A stretch of 64,000 nt of DNA from Pedobacter glucosidilyticus (GTDB lineage: Bacteria; Bacteroidota; Bacteroidia; Sphingobacteriales; Sphingobacteriaceae): positions 113,197 to 177,196 of the forward strand of contig NZ_DLHN01000026.1 of NCBI RefSeq assembly GCF_002483235.1, read 5' to 3'. Positions 47,846 through 57,407 of the stretch are shown one piece after another. Within the stretch, counting starts at the first letter, position 1. Every line of letters begins with the position of its first letter. The notes beneath the pieces are model-generated. The model did no database searches and had not been told where the DNA came from. It saw only the letters and a program-made list of their open reading frames with translations. Position numbers and translations under genes: made by a program.

Positions 47846-48589
47846 ATGGAATTAACAAATAAAGTAGCCCTTATTACGGGTGGTACACAGGGTATTGGCG
47901 CAGAAACTGCCTTAAAACTTGCTCGTGAAGGGGCGCATATCAGTTTAGTAGCCAGAAATACCGATGATCAATCTTTAATAGATGAAATTAAAAGTTTAGG
48001 CAGAAACTGTGTATTGCTCAAAGGCGATATGAGTAAGCCCGAAGATTGCGAACGCGTAGTAGCAGAAACCATTGCAGCTTTAGGCGATATAGATGTTTTG
48101 GTACATTCTGCTGGTGGCGCAGCCCCAGGTAGTTTACTAAATGGTGCTAAAGATGTATGGTACAGCGCTTTTGATATTCATATACATGCCGTTTTTCATT
48201 TATGTATGGCAGCAGTGCCTTCTATGAAAAGAAAAGGTTCTGGTGGTATCATTCTCATTTCCTCAGCAGCAGGTTTAAGAGGTGTTAAAGGAGCTTTGGC
48301 TTATGCGGTGGTTAAAGGTGCTTTACCGCAGTTTACAAGAGCTTTAGCTTACGAACTATCCGAGTTTGACATTAAAGTTAACTGTGTTTCGCCAGGTGTT
48401 ATTCGTACGCGTTTCCAAGATTTCTTAAAACCAGAACAAGTAAAAAATAATATAGAAAACCGTATCCCATTAAAAAGAGAAGGTAAACCAGAAGATGTAG
48501 CAGATGCTGTGGCTATGTTACTTAAAAACGATTTTATAACTGGTGAAAATGTGGTTATAGATGGTGGCATGAGCATGCGTATTTGCTAA
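47846..48589 (+). CDS. Short-chain dehydrogenase/reductase (SDR) family oxidoreductase
   Basis: 'TGGTQGIG' Rossmann motif, 'SSAAG' and 'YAVVKGAL' (YxxxK). Confidence 0.85.
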   Translation: MELTNKVALITGGTQGIGAETALKLAREGAHISLVARNTDDQSLIDEIKSLGRNCVLLKGDMSKPEDCERVVAETIAALGDIDVLVHSAGGAAPGSLLNGAKDVWYSAFDIHIHAVFHLCMAAVPSMKRKGSGGIILISSAAGLRGVKGALAYAVVKGALPQFTRALAYELSEFDIKVNCVSPGVIRTRFQDFLKPEQVKNNIENRIPLKREGKPEDVADAVAMLLKNDFITGENVVIDGGMSMRIC

Positions 48590-48606
48590 ATCTAAAAGGC
48601 TTTCTG

Positions 48607-51033
48607 ATGAAAAAATACTTTCTTTTTATTCTTCTTTACAGTTGTTCCATATCACTTATAGCGCAAAACGCCAAGCAAGTAAACAGTCCTGAAATGAGTT
48701 GGTGGTATAACCAACCAGCAAAAAAATATTGGGAAGGTTTGCCTATAGCAACAGGCAGATTTGCCGCTATGATTGGTGGCAGCATCAACCAAGAAGTTAT
48801 TCCTTTTAACGATGAGACTTTATGGTCTGGTGGGCCTTACAATCCTAATAATCCACAAGGGCCACAAGTATTGGAAGACATCAGAAAGAAAATCCTCATT
48901 GAAAAAGATTATACTGCGGCAAGTAAGGCTTCATCTAGGTTAGGTAGCATCCCGTTAAGGGTACAACACTACCAACCTATGGGTATTCTTCATTTGGGTT
49001 TTAATCATGATGAAGCAAAAGCACAAAACTATCAGCGTAAGCTAAGTATGGATAGCGCTACAGTTACCATTACCTACCAGCTAAACGGTATAAACTACAA
49101 AAGAGAAATTTTTGCCAGTTACCCAGACCAAGTTGTGGTGATGCGTATTACTGCGAGTAAACCTCAAAGCATCAACCTAAAGGCTTCTTTAAGTAGTTTA
49201 CAATCATCGGCAGTAACTCAGTTGTTAAACGGCGATATCGTGATGAACGGTACAACCACAGAGCTTAACCGAGAAGAGTATGCTAAAAAGATTTTACCCG
49301 CCGCTATCAAATGGCAATCGCGTTTAAAAGTAAATGCAGAAGGTGGTAAAACTAATTTTATAAAAAAGGAAGGGCAAACGGGCGATGAAATTCATATCAC
49401 CAATGCCAATACAGTGGTTTTAATACTTGCTGGGGCTACCAATTGGGTAAATTACAACGATGTAAGTGCCAATGAAAAAGAAAGGTGTAATGATTATATC
49501 ACTAAAGCAGCAAAATTTAAATATCCTGAGCTAAAAAACCGCCATCTGGAAGATTATATGCCGCTTTTTGCAAGTTGTAAAATTGATTTAGGCGGACATG
49601 AAAAAGCTAAAATGAATACTACTGATAGGATTTTAGCTTTGCGCAAAGGCGCACATGATCCGTTATACATTTCGCAATATTTCCAATATGGCAGGTACCT
49701 CATGTTGGCCGGAGCCAGAGAAAAAACTTTAGCCTTTAATAACCATAATATTTGGTTAGACAATATGGAAGGTCGTTGGCAGGGGCGTTGGACATTAAAT
49801 ATCAATATACAAGAATGTTATTGGCCTGTTGAAAGTACAAATCTGGCTGGTTTAAACGAGTCTTTATTAACCTTTACAGAGATGTTAGCGCAAGCCGGAG
49901 CCAGAACAGCCAAAGAATTGTATGGATGTAAAGGCTGGGTTGCACATCACGGTACAGATATTTGGTTCAATACAGCACCAACAGATCCAAACCCAAAAGC
50001 TTCTGTATGGCCTATGGGCGGTGCTTGGATCATGCAACAATTATTTGACCACTATAGCTACGAGCCCAATGCAGCTTACCTTAAAAGAATTTATCCTTTA
50101 ATGAAAGGTTCGGCGGAGTTTATCTTAGATTTCCTAGTTAAAGACCCAGAAACTGGTTATTTGGTTACTTGCCCGTCTACTTCGCCAGAAAATAATTTCT
50201 TCACCACTAAAGGCGAAGAAGCTTCTGTTTCTGCGGGATCTTCTATGGATAATCAAATCATAAGAAACTTGTTTAGAAATTGTATAACAGCTATAAAAGT
50301 TTTAGGTGAGGATGCTGCGTTTGCTAAAAAGCTAGAAGATACCATGAAGCAATTGCCACCACATCAAATTGGACAGTTTGGGCAATTACAAGAGTGGCTG
50401 CATGATTTTAAAGAGATGCAAGTTGGGCACAGACATATCTCGCACCTTTTTGCTTCTTATCCTGATGATGACATCACCTTAAGAAAAACGCCAGAATTGG
50501 CAAAAGCGGTTAAAGTTGTTTTGGATAGAAGGGGCAATATCAATAAAGGGTGGTCTGGTGCTTGGAAAATTAACCAACAAGCCCGTTTTGAGCAGCCCGA
50601 AGAAGCGTATCAGATTTTAAAATCTATGCTTACCGATATCAGCATCCACCCACGAGCAGAGGATAGTGATATCACACCTTCTTTTGAAGGTAACCAAGGT
50701 ATACAAGGTATTACTGCTGGTGTAGTAGAAATGCTGATGCAAAGTCACTCTAACGAGTTATACTTATTGCCTGCTGTACCAAAAGCTTTAAAAGATGGTC
50801 ATATCAGTGGTTTAAGAGCTAGAGGGGGCTATGGTGTTAACATCAGTTGGACAAATCATCAACTAAAAGAAGCTACCATCACTTCAAAATTTGCTCAAAC
50901 CTGCAATTTAAGAAGTAAAACACCAGTGAAAATCCTGCTGAATAAACAGGTAATTAAGCTTACAAAAGCAGCGGAAAATTTATATACTTTTAACGTAGAA
51001 GCAGGTAAAACATATACCATTTTACCTAACTAA
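48607..51033 (+). CDS. GH95 family hydrolase (third copy)
   Basis: The start was moved to the ATG at 48607 (MKKYFLFILLYSCSISLIAQ). 'WWYNQPAKKYWEGLPIATGRFAAMIGG' and 'HRHISHLFASYP', but a divergent C-terminal block 'TPSFEGNQGIQGITAG' in place of [10 protein letters not shown]. Confidence 0.85.
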   Translation: MKKYFLFILLYSCSISLIAQNAKQVNSPEMSWWYNQPAKKYWEGLPIATGRFAAMIGGSINQEVIPFNDETLWSGGPYNPNNPQGPQVLEDIRKKILIEKDYTAASKASSRLGSIPLRVQHYQPMGILHLGFNHDEAKAQNYQRKLSMDSATVTITYQLNGINYKREIFASYPDQVVVMRITASKPQSINLKASLSSLQSSAVTQLLNGDIVMNGTTTELNREEYAKKILPAAIKWQSRLKVNAEGGKTNFIKKEGQTGDEIHITNANTVVLILAGATNWVNYNDVSANEKERCNDYITKAAKFKYPELKNRHLEDYMPLFASCKIDLGGHEKAKMNTTDRILALRKGAHDPLYISQYFQYGRYLMLAGAREKTLAFNNHNIWLDNMEGRWQGRWTLNINIQECYWPVESTNLAGLNESLLTFTEMLAQAGARTAKELYGCKGWVAHHGTDIWFNTAPTDPNPKASVWPMGGAWIMQQLFDHYSYEPNAAYLKRIYPLMKGSAEFILDFLVKDPETGYLVTCPSTSPENNFFTTKGEEASVSAGSSMDNQIIRNLFRNCITAIKVLGEDAAFAKKLEDTMKQLPPHQIGQFGQLQEWLHDFKEMQVGHRHISHLFASYPDDDITLRKTPELAKAVKVVLDRRGNINKGWSGAWKINQQARFEQPEEAYQILKSMLTDISIHPRAEDSDITPSFEGNQGIQGITAGVVEMLMQSHSNELYLLPAVPKALKDGHISGLRARGGYGVNISWTNHQLKEATITSKFAQTCNLRSKTPVKILLNKQVIKLTKAAENLYTFNVEAGKTYTILPN

Positions 51034-51042
51034 CCTAAACTA

Positions 51043-52338
51043 ATGACAGATACTACTTTTAAGCCATCTAAAATGCGCTGGGTCATGATAGGCTTTGCGT
51101 TTTTAGCAACCGTTTTAAATTATATAGACCGTTTGGCTTTTAATTATTTAAGTGCCGAGGGAGCCTTAAGAGAAATCATTCCAGATGATGCTTTTGGATA
51201 TATTACTACTGCATTTTTTGTGGCTTATATGGTTTCTAACGGTTTCTCTGGCTTTGCCATAGATAAATTAGGAACTAAATTAGGTTATGCTATCTGCATG
51301 GCCTTTTGGACTACCTCCGCTATGTTACACGCCTTAGCAAGGTTACCTTGGCATTTTGGTTTAGCTCGTTTCTTTTTGGGCATAGGCGAAGCAGGTAACT
51401 GGCCAGCGGCTATTAAATTAACCAGCGAATGGTTTCCGCAGAGCGAGCGTTCTACTGCATCGGGTATTTTTAATAGTGGTTCTGCTATAGGTGCTGTGGT
51501 TGCTCCACCATTAATTGCCTTTTTAGGTACTGTGTATGGCTGGAAAGCAACATTTATCATCGTAGGTTCTTTAGGTTATATATGGCTTATTGCTTTTTGG
51601 TTTACCTATTATACTCCAAAACAAGCCCTAGAAGAAACCAAGTTAAGAACCATCCCAGCTAAAAAACTCATCAAAAACAAGTTTGTATTGGGTTTTACTT
51701 TATCTAAAGTATTGATGGACCCTGTATGGTATTTTATCACCTTTTGGATTGGGCGGTATTTGGTTGATGTACACGGTTGGGATTTAGCCATGATTGGCTG
51801 GTTTGCCATGATACCCTTTATCTCTGCCGATTTTGGTAATATTTTAGGAGGCTTATTTACCCAAACCCTAATTAAAAGAGGCATGCCAGTACCTAGAGCC
51901 AGAAAATTAGCCGTTACCATCTTCGGTTTGATGACGGCTGGCTCATTAATATTAGGTCCGTTGATTATCACCTCGCCGGCAATTGCAATAGCTGTTTTAG
52001 CAGTAGCGGGTTTTGGCTATTCGTCTTACACCGCTAACTCTATGGCTTTCCCTGCTGATGTTGTTCCTAAAAATGCTACGGCATCTGTTTGGGGTTTGGC
52101 AAGTGTGGGTTCTGGTTTAGGCGGAGCTATTTTTCAATCTATATCTGGTGTAACCGTTAAGAATTTTTCTGATGCTTACGGCTATGCATCAGCATACAAT
52201 ACAGTATTTATAGGTTATGGTGTTTTAGCACTTTTAGGCTTATGTGTAGTGTTATTTGTGATAGGGCCTTTGGTAAGAGATGAAGAATTACATGCTTATG
52301 TAAATCAGGATAATCCTCAAATAAATCAATCAAATTAA
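51043..52338 (+). CDS. MFS transporter, ExuT-like hexuronate/aldonate:H+ symporter family
   Basis: Collinear with E. coli ExuT as recalled: 'MRWVMIGF…VLNYIDR', 'LGTKLGYA', 'SEWFPQSERSTASGIFNSGSAIGAVVAPPL'. About 12 hydrophobic segments. Confidence 0.85.
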   Translation: MTDTTFKPSKMRWVMIGFAFLATVLNYIDRLAFNYLSAEGALREIIPDDAFGYITTAFFVAYMVSNGFSGFAIDKLGTKLGYAICMAFWTTSAMLHALARLPWHFGLARFFLGIGEAGNWPAAIKLTSEWFPQSERSTASGIFNSGSAIGAVVAPPLIAFLGTVYGWKATFIIVGSLGYIWLIAFWFTYYTPKQALEETKLRTIPAKKLIKNKFVLGFTLSKVLMDPVWYFITFWIGRYLVDVHGWDLAMIGWFAMIPFISADFGNILGGLFTQTLIKRGMPVPRARKLAVTIFGLMTAGSLILGPLIITSPAIAIAVLAVAGFGYSSYTANSMAFPADVVPKNATASVWGLASVGSGLGGAIFQSISGVTVKNFSDAYGYASAYNTVFIGYGVLALLGLCVVLFVIGPLVRDEELHAYVNQDNPQINQSN

Positions 52339-52345
52339 ATTTGCC

Positions 52346-52768
52346 ATGTTAAAAACACAACTACTACACCCCGAGATATTAATGGAATTAGGCCGTAACG
52401 GACATGGCGCCAAAATTTTAATTTCTGATGGTAACTTTCCTGTAAACACCTGTACACCACAAACAGCAAAAAAGGTTTACTTAAATCTTACTCCCGGAGT
52501 TTTGAATGTTATTGATGTATTAAAAGTGATTAAAAACTTCATCCCGGTAGAAAAAGCCTACATCATGCAGCCACCAGATGAAACACCACAACCCATCCAT
52601 CATGAATTTAAACAAATTCTTGATGAGGATACGCCATTTGAAGTGCTTAAAAGGTACGAGTTTTATGATATTGCCAAAACACCTGATGTTTGTTTAGCCA
52701 TAGCTACTGCAGAGGTTAGAAGATTTGCCAATATCATTTTAGAAATTGGAGTTATTAGGCCAGAATAA
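52346..52768 (+). CDS. fucU: RbsD/FucU-family sugar mutarotase/pyranase
   Basis: 'MLKTQLLHPEILMELGRNGHGAKILISDGNFP' matches the FucU/RbsD N-terminal GHGD-type block. 140 aa. Confidence 0.75.
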   Translation: MLKTQLLHPEILMELGRNGHGAKILISDGNFPVNTCTPQTAKKVYLNLTPGVLNVIDVLKVIKNFIPVEKAYIMQPPDETPQPIHHEFKQILDEDTPFEVLKRYEFYDIAKTPDVCLAIATAEVRRFANIILEIGVIRPE

Positions 52769-52777
52769 ATCAACAAC

Positions 52778-53401
52778 ATGCAAACATTACATCATATATA
52801 TCAACATAAAATAGTAGCCATTATCAGAGGCGTTTCCGCCGATAAAGCTAAAGATGTGGCTTTTGCTTTAGCAGAGGGAGGTGTGAAAATTTTAGAAATC
52901 ACCTTAAACTCACCAAAAGCCTTACAAGTTATAGAGCAACTGGCAGATAGTATCGGGAACCAAGTTTTAATAGGCGCAGGTACTGTATTAGATCCTGAAT
53001 CTGCCAGAGCAGCCATTTATGCTGGTGCGAAATTTATTTTATCGCCAACGGTAGATATCCATACCATACACATGACCAGAAGACATGGTGCGGTAAGTAT
53101 TCCTGGGGCATACACACCTACAGAAATATTAAATGCTTATGCCTGGGGTGGCGATATTGTGAAAGTTTTTCCGGCAAGTGCAGGGGTAGCCTATATCAAA
53201 GATGTAAAAGGACCTTTGCCACAAATTCCTATCATGCCAACTGGTGGTGTAGGTTTAGATAACATCAAAGAATTTAAGAAAATGGGTGCTGTAGCTTATG
53301 GTATTGGTAGTTCTTTGGTTGATGCTAAGCAAAACATCAATGATGAATATTTAAAACAATTAAGCTTAAAAGCGAAGCAGTTTATAAATGCTGTTCAATA
53401 A
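52778..53401 (+). CDS. dgoA: 2-dehydro-3-deoxy-6-phosphogalactonate / KDPG-type class I aldolase
   Basis: Eda/DgoA-family blocks 'IVAIIRG', 'LIGAGTVL', 'VKVFPAS' (Schiff-base Lys) and 'MPTGGV'. The galactonate assignment comes from context with dgoD/dgoK. Confidence 0.75.
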   Translation: MQTLHHIYQHKIVAIIRGVSADKAKDVAFALAEGGVKILEITLNSPKALQVIEQLADSIGNQVLIGAGTVLDPESARAAIYAGAKFILSPTVDIHTIHMTRRHGAVSIPGAYTPTEILNAYAWGGDIVKVFPASAGVAYIKDVKGPLPQIPIMPTGGVGLDNIKEFKKMGAVAYGIGSSLVDAKQNINDEYLKQLSLKAKQFINAVQ

Positions 53402-53415
53402 TATCCATATTTAAA

Positions 53416-54564
53416 ATGAAAATTACAGGTTACGAATTATATCAGGTTCCACCAAGATGGTTATTTCTTAAAATAGAAACCAGTGAAGGTATTGTAGGTT
53501 GGGGCGAGCCCGTTGTTGAAGGTAAAGCCGCTACGGTTAAAGCTGCTGTACATGAGCTAATGGAAGGTTTAATAGGTAAAGATCCACAGAATATAGAAGA
53601 CCATTGGAATATGATGTACCGGGCAGGTTTTTATCGTGGAGGGCCTATTTTAATGAGCGCCATTGCTGGGATAGACCAAGCACTTTGGGATATTAAAGGT
53701 AAATTCTATAACACACCTATTTATCAGTTACTAGGAGGTAAAGCTCGTGATACCATGAAGGTTTACTCTTGGATAGGCGGCGATCGTCCAGCTGAAGTAG
53801 GTACTGCTGCTAAGGAAATGATAGATAAAGGCTTTAAGGCAGTAAAAATGAATGCTACTGAAGAGCTTCAAATCATAGATACTTACGATAAAATTGATGC
53901 CGCTATAGCTCGTATTGCCGCTGTTAGGGAAGCTGTTGGTCCGGCGGTTGGTATAGGGATAGATTTTCATGGTAGGGTACACAAACCTATGGCTAAGATT
54001 TTAGCTAAAGAGTTAGAAGCCTACAGACCAATGTTTATTGAAGAACCTGTTTTACCAGAAAACAATGAGGCATTAAGAGAAATTGCTAACCTAACTTCTA
54101 TCCCTATTGCTACCGGAGAGCGTATGTTCTCTAGATGGCAGTTTAAAGATTTGTTAATTGGTGGTTATGCAGATATCATTCAGCCAGATTTATCCCACGC
54201 AGGTGGTATAACAGAGTGTAAAAAGATATTCTCAATGGCAGAAGCTTTTGATGTTGCCGTTGCGCCGCATTGCCCATTAGGCCCTATTGCTTTAGCAGCC
54301 TGTTTACAGGTAGATGCTACCAGTTACAATGCTTTTATACAAGAGCAAAGTTTAGGTATCCATTACAATCAGGGTAGTGATATTTTAGATTATATCATTG
54401 ATAAAAATGTATTTAAATATGAGGATGGTTATGTTAAAATACCAGACGGACCAGGCCTCGGTATAGAAATAAATGAAGAACACGTAAAAGCTATGGCTAA
54501 AGTTGGGCACAACTGGAAAAATCCGGTTTGGCGTCATCAAGACGGTAGTATAGCAGAGTGGTAA
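53416..54564 (+). CDS. dgoD: D-galactonate dehydratase (enolase superfamily)
   Basis: Near-collinear with E. coli DgoD as recalled: '[22 protein letters not shown]', '[30 protein letters not shown]', '[13 protein letters not shown]', '[15 protein letters not shown]', and it ends '[11 protein letters not shown]'. Confidence 0.93.
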   Translation: MKITGYELYQVPPRWLFLKIETSEGIVGWGEPVVEGKAATVKAAVHELMEGLIGKDPQNIEDHWNMMYRAGFYRGGPILMSAIAGIDQALWDIKGKFYNTPIYQLLGGKARDTMKVYSWIGGDRPAEVGTAAKEMIDKGFKAVKMNATEELQIIDTYDKIDAAIARIAAVREAVGPAVGIGIDFHGRVHKPMAKILAKELEAYRPMFIEEPVLPENNEALREIANLTSIPIATGERMFSRWQFKDLLIGGYADIIQPDLSHAGGITECKKIFSMAEAFDVAVAPHCPLGPIALAACLQVDATSYNAFIQEQSLGIHYNQGSDILDYIIDKNVFKYEDGYVKIPDGPGLGIEINEEHVKAMAKVGHNWKNPVWRHQDGSIAEW

Positions 54565-54693
54565 TCATTAAAAGATAAAAGGAGGAGTCATAAACGTTCA
54601 TTGTTTGAAGGGTGTATTCATTGGTTTGGTTTAATAAATCTTCTTTCAGAAAGATGTACATTTTTGATTTCCTTCTTTTTTTAATTCTCCTAC

Positions 54694-55656
54694 ATGAATA
54701 ATTTGTTTTTAAGTTGCGATTGGGGTACATCATCTTTCAGACTACGTTTGGTAGATGCTTACGGTTTAAAGGTTTTAACAGAGGTAAACAATGCCGAAGG
54801 TAATGCTAGCTTATTCCAAAAATGGAAAGCCGCTGGGGCTGATACACACCAAAGAATAAACTTTTATCTATCCTTCCTGAAAGAAAATATAGATAAAATC
54901 AGTTCAACATCTGGTGAAAATTTAGATGGGTTACCCATCATCATCTCTGGTATGGCATCATCTACAGTAGGCATGCAGGAGGTACCTTATAAAGAGCTTC
55001 CATTCTCTTTAAATGGAGCCGATTTAAAAACTATTCATTTTCCTGCTACCGCAAATTTTCCGCATCCCTTTACTTTAGTTTCAGGTGTTTGCTCTACAGA
55101 TGATGTGATCAGAGGCGAAGAAATACAATTAGTAGGTTGCCAGCCAGATAAGAGAATCAAAGAACAGGTTTTTATTATTCCGGGTACACATTCTAAACAC
55201 GTTTTTACTGTTGATGATAAAGCTGTAGGCTTCTGTACTTACATGACGGGCGAACTTTTTAGCTTACTAAGCACCCAAAGTATTTTAGCAACAACAGTAG
55301 AAAAACAAGGTGTTTTAGCAGATGAGGAAAATACCAAAAGCTTTAAGCATGGTGTTTTAGATAGTTTTAAAGCTAATTTACTACATGCCATGTTTTGGGT
55401 AAGAACCAACCAACTGTTTAATAAGTTTAGTAAAGAGAGCAATTACCATTATTTAAGTGGCTTGTTAATTGGTGCAGAATTAAAAGAATTAAAAGGAACG
55501 GATAAAGCCATAACCTTATTGGCTTCCGGTATTTTAAGCGAGAGTTATTTATGTGCTCTGGAAACCCTTGATTTAGCGAAGCAAGTATCACAAAAAAGTG
55601 TAGACGAAGCTATCATAAATGGCCATTATCAGCTTTATATGCTCCATTATCAATAG
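54694..55656 (+). CDS. dgoK: 2-dehydro-3-deoxygalactonokinase
   Basis: DgoK blocks 'SCDWGTSSFRLRL', 'ISGMASSTVGM', 'VIRGEEIQLVG', 'IPGTHSKHV', 'YMTGELFSLL', 'LSGLLIGAEL'. Confidence 0.88.
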   Translation: MNNLFLSCDWGTSSFRLRLVDAYGLKVLTEVNNAEGNASLFQKWKAAGADTHQRINFYLSFLKENIDKISSTSGENLDGLPIIISGMASSTVGMQEVPYKELPFSLNGADLKTIHFPATANFPHPFTLVSGVCSTDDVIRGEEIQLVGCQPDKRIKEQVFIIPGTHSKHVFTVDDKAVGFCTYMTGELFSLLSTQSILATTVEKQGVLADEENTKSFKHGVLDSFKANLLHAMFWVRTNQLFNKFSKESNYHYLSGLLIGAELKELKGTDKAITLLASGILSESYLCALETLDLAKQVSQKSVDEAIINGHYQLYMLHYQ

Positions 55657-55689
55657 AAAATACTTACTTTCATCGGCAAAATAAGATGA

Positions 55690-56691
55690 ATGATATTTAA
55701 AGCTCGCTACTATTTTGTTTTAATAAGTCTCATTTGTTCCTCTTTTATGCCCAGCCAAAGGGTAGTAGAAACTTACGAAATCAAAGGCTATACCCAGGGT
55801 ACAACCTATAGCATAAAGTATTACGCATCTAAAGCTTTTATCGCTGAAGCAGAAATTGAAGCTATTTTAGCCGAATTAAATCAATCTTTATCAGTTTATC
55901 ATGATACATCACTCATCAGCCAGTTTAACCAAAGCAAAAGAGGTGTAGTATTAGATAAGCATTTGAAAAAAGTGGTAAACGAAGCTCAGAAAGTAGCTAA
56001 AGCCTCTAACGGAGCCTTTGACATCACCGTTTTTCCTTTAGTAGATGCATGGGGGTTTTTAGGGAAACCCAAACAGTCTTTACCAGATAGCCTAACGGTA
56101 AAAAAAATATTAAAAAATGTAGGGTATCAGCAATTAATCCTTAAAAAGGATAGCTTAATCAAAAGTAACCCCGCTGTAAAAATAGATGTAAACGGTATAG
56201 CACAAGGCTATTCGGTAGATATTCTTGCCGATTTTTTAGAGCAAAGAGGTATCAAAAGATATATTGTAGAAATAGGTGGCGAATTAAGAATGAAAGGAAA
56301 AAAGCCTGATGGTTCTTATCCTAAAATTGGCATAGAAGCCCCAAATCTACAGGAAACAGCCTTTCAAAAAATCATCATCCCTAAAAAAGGAGCCATCACC
56401 ACATCCGGAAGCTATCGTAAATTTGTAGAGACCAAAGGTTTAAAGCAAACACACCTGATAGATACCAAAACCGGTTATCCTATTAAAAGTAAAAATATAA
56501 GTGTAACGGTTTATGCTAAAACCGCTATGCTGGCAGATGCTTATGATAATGTTTTAATGGGTATGGATGTAGCAGAAGCTCTTCACTTTTTAAAAAAACA
56601 TCCAGAGTTGGAGGCCTTTTTTATTTACCAACAGCAAGGTCTGCTAAAAGATACCGCTACAACTGGATTTTACAGCCTCTTAGCGCCTTAA
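55690..56691 (+). CDS. apbE: FAD:protein FMN transferase (ApbE family)
   Basis: 'FDITVFPLVDAWGF', 'VNGIAQGYSVD', 'GAITTSGSY' and 'HLIDTKTGYP' are typical of ApbE. N-terminal signal/anchor. Confidence 0.85.
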   Translation: MIFKARYYFVLISLICSSFMPSQRVVETYEIKGYTQGTTYSIKYYASKAFIAEAEIEAILAELNQSLSVYHDTSLISQFNQSKRGVVLDKHLKKVVNEAQKVAKASNGAFDITVFPLVDAWGFLGKPKQSLPDSLTVKKILKNVGYQQLILKKDSLIKSNPAVKIDVNGIAQGYSVDILADFLEQRGIKRYIVEIGGELRMKGKKPDGSYPKIGIEAPNLQETAFQKIIIPKKGAITTSGSYRKFVETKGLKQTHLIDTKTGYPIKSKNISVTVYAKTAMLADAYDNVLMGMDVAEALHFLKKHPELEAFFIYQQQGLLKDTATTGFYSLLAP

Positions 56692-56760
56692 TTGACTATA
56701 AGTTTGTGTTGTTTTCATTAACCAAGAAAGCGTGTGTATCATGATGTCTAAATCTATAGC

Positions 56761-56816
56761 TAACAGGGTACTAACAGGGTCATAACAGGGTTATCATAAG
56801 GTTAATCACCCTGTTA
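56761..56816. repeat. Phased 9-bp repeat array: TAACAGGGT x3 at 11-bp spacing plus one inverted copy
   Basis: Direct copies at 56761-56769, 56772-56780 and 56783-56791. The inverted ACCCTGTTA is at 56808-56816. It lies 70 nt downstream of the apbE stop. Confidence 0.7.
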
Positions 56817-57130
56817 TATTCCTATAAATAACGTGTTACTTACTTGTTAATTTTTAATAAATACCTGATATGGTTCTTTCTTGAACTTTTATGTTGGATG
56901 TAAAAAGCTAGTTTTCCAACAAAAAGAATTATTAAGAAATGATTATCCTATAAAATGGATAAAGGTTTTAAATGTATGAGCTAAGGTGTAGGTAATGGGA
57001 TAGATGAAGGGGTATTTTCTATTCAAAATCGGGTGTAATTTATATCAATCTATTTAACTCATACTAACAAATCGAATTAGTATAGGTTTATATTCAAAAA
57101 AAGTTTTATTTTTTATTTATGCTATCTTAA

Positions 57131-57170
57131 AAGACAAAAAAGAAGCTGCCAGAATTATTTTCGTGGCAGC
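57131..57170 (-). terminator. Orphan rho-independent terminator oriented on the minus strand
   Basis: On the - strand: GCTGCCA-(12-nt loop)-TGGCAGC followed by TTCTTTTTTGTCTT. No annotated minus-strand gene lies upstream of it. Confidence 0.6.
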
Positions 57171-57363
57171 CTGCTAAACCAATTTTATTAGAAAGGTATT
57201 CTAAATAGAGATGAGTTGTACAAACTTCATTATTTTTAAAAAGCAAATCCTGTAATATTTGGGCAATCTTTTAAACTAAATTGTCATTTTGGGTAGTAAT
57301 AACCATATTTAGTGCTTTTATAAATGCACTATCATCAGGAGATGGTGCAGCTTAAAATAGGCT

Positions 57364-57407
57364 AAAATAGTTGTAGTAAATACTCAAAATGTTGAAATAC
57401 TAAAAGT
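57364..57407 (+). promoter_or_regulatory. Conserved ~44-bp upstream element, copy A (49 nt before the 57456 start)
   Basis: AAAATAGTTGTAGTAAATACTCAAAATGTTGAAATACTAAAAG. About 85-90% identical by eye to 59006-59049, with the same spacing to the start codon. Confidence 0.55.

Noticed and set aside
24920-48606. Upstream-extended starts given in the track for 24920, 32065, 34779, 42587, 43584 and 48583
   Set aside because: Each extension overlaps the preceding gene or adds a non-signal-like leader. In every case an internal ATG (24956, 32104, 34821, 42641, 43632, 48607) lies 1-20 nt after, or slightly overlapping, the upstream stop. Each of those ATGs is immediately followed by a canonical signal peptide.
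51285-51971. Minus-strand ORFs (91 and 120 aa) within the MFS transporter gene
   Set aside because: They are antisense shadows of a hydrophobic membrane-protein gene.
47488-55656. Interpreting the RhaM-SDR…aldolase-dehydratase-kinase set as a complete non-phosphorylative L-fucose pathway
   Set aside because: The dehydratase is a close DgoD look-alike (D-galactonate). A kinase step is incompatible with 6-deoxy intermediates. The lactonase, FucD-type dehydratase and FAH-family hydrolase are absent.
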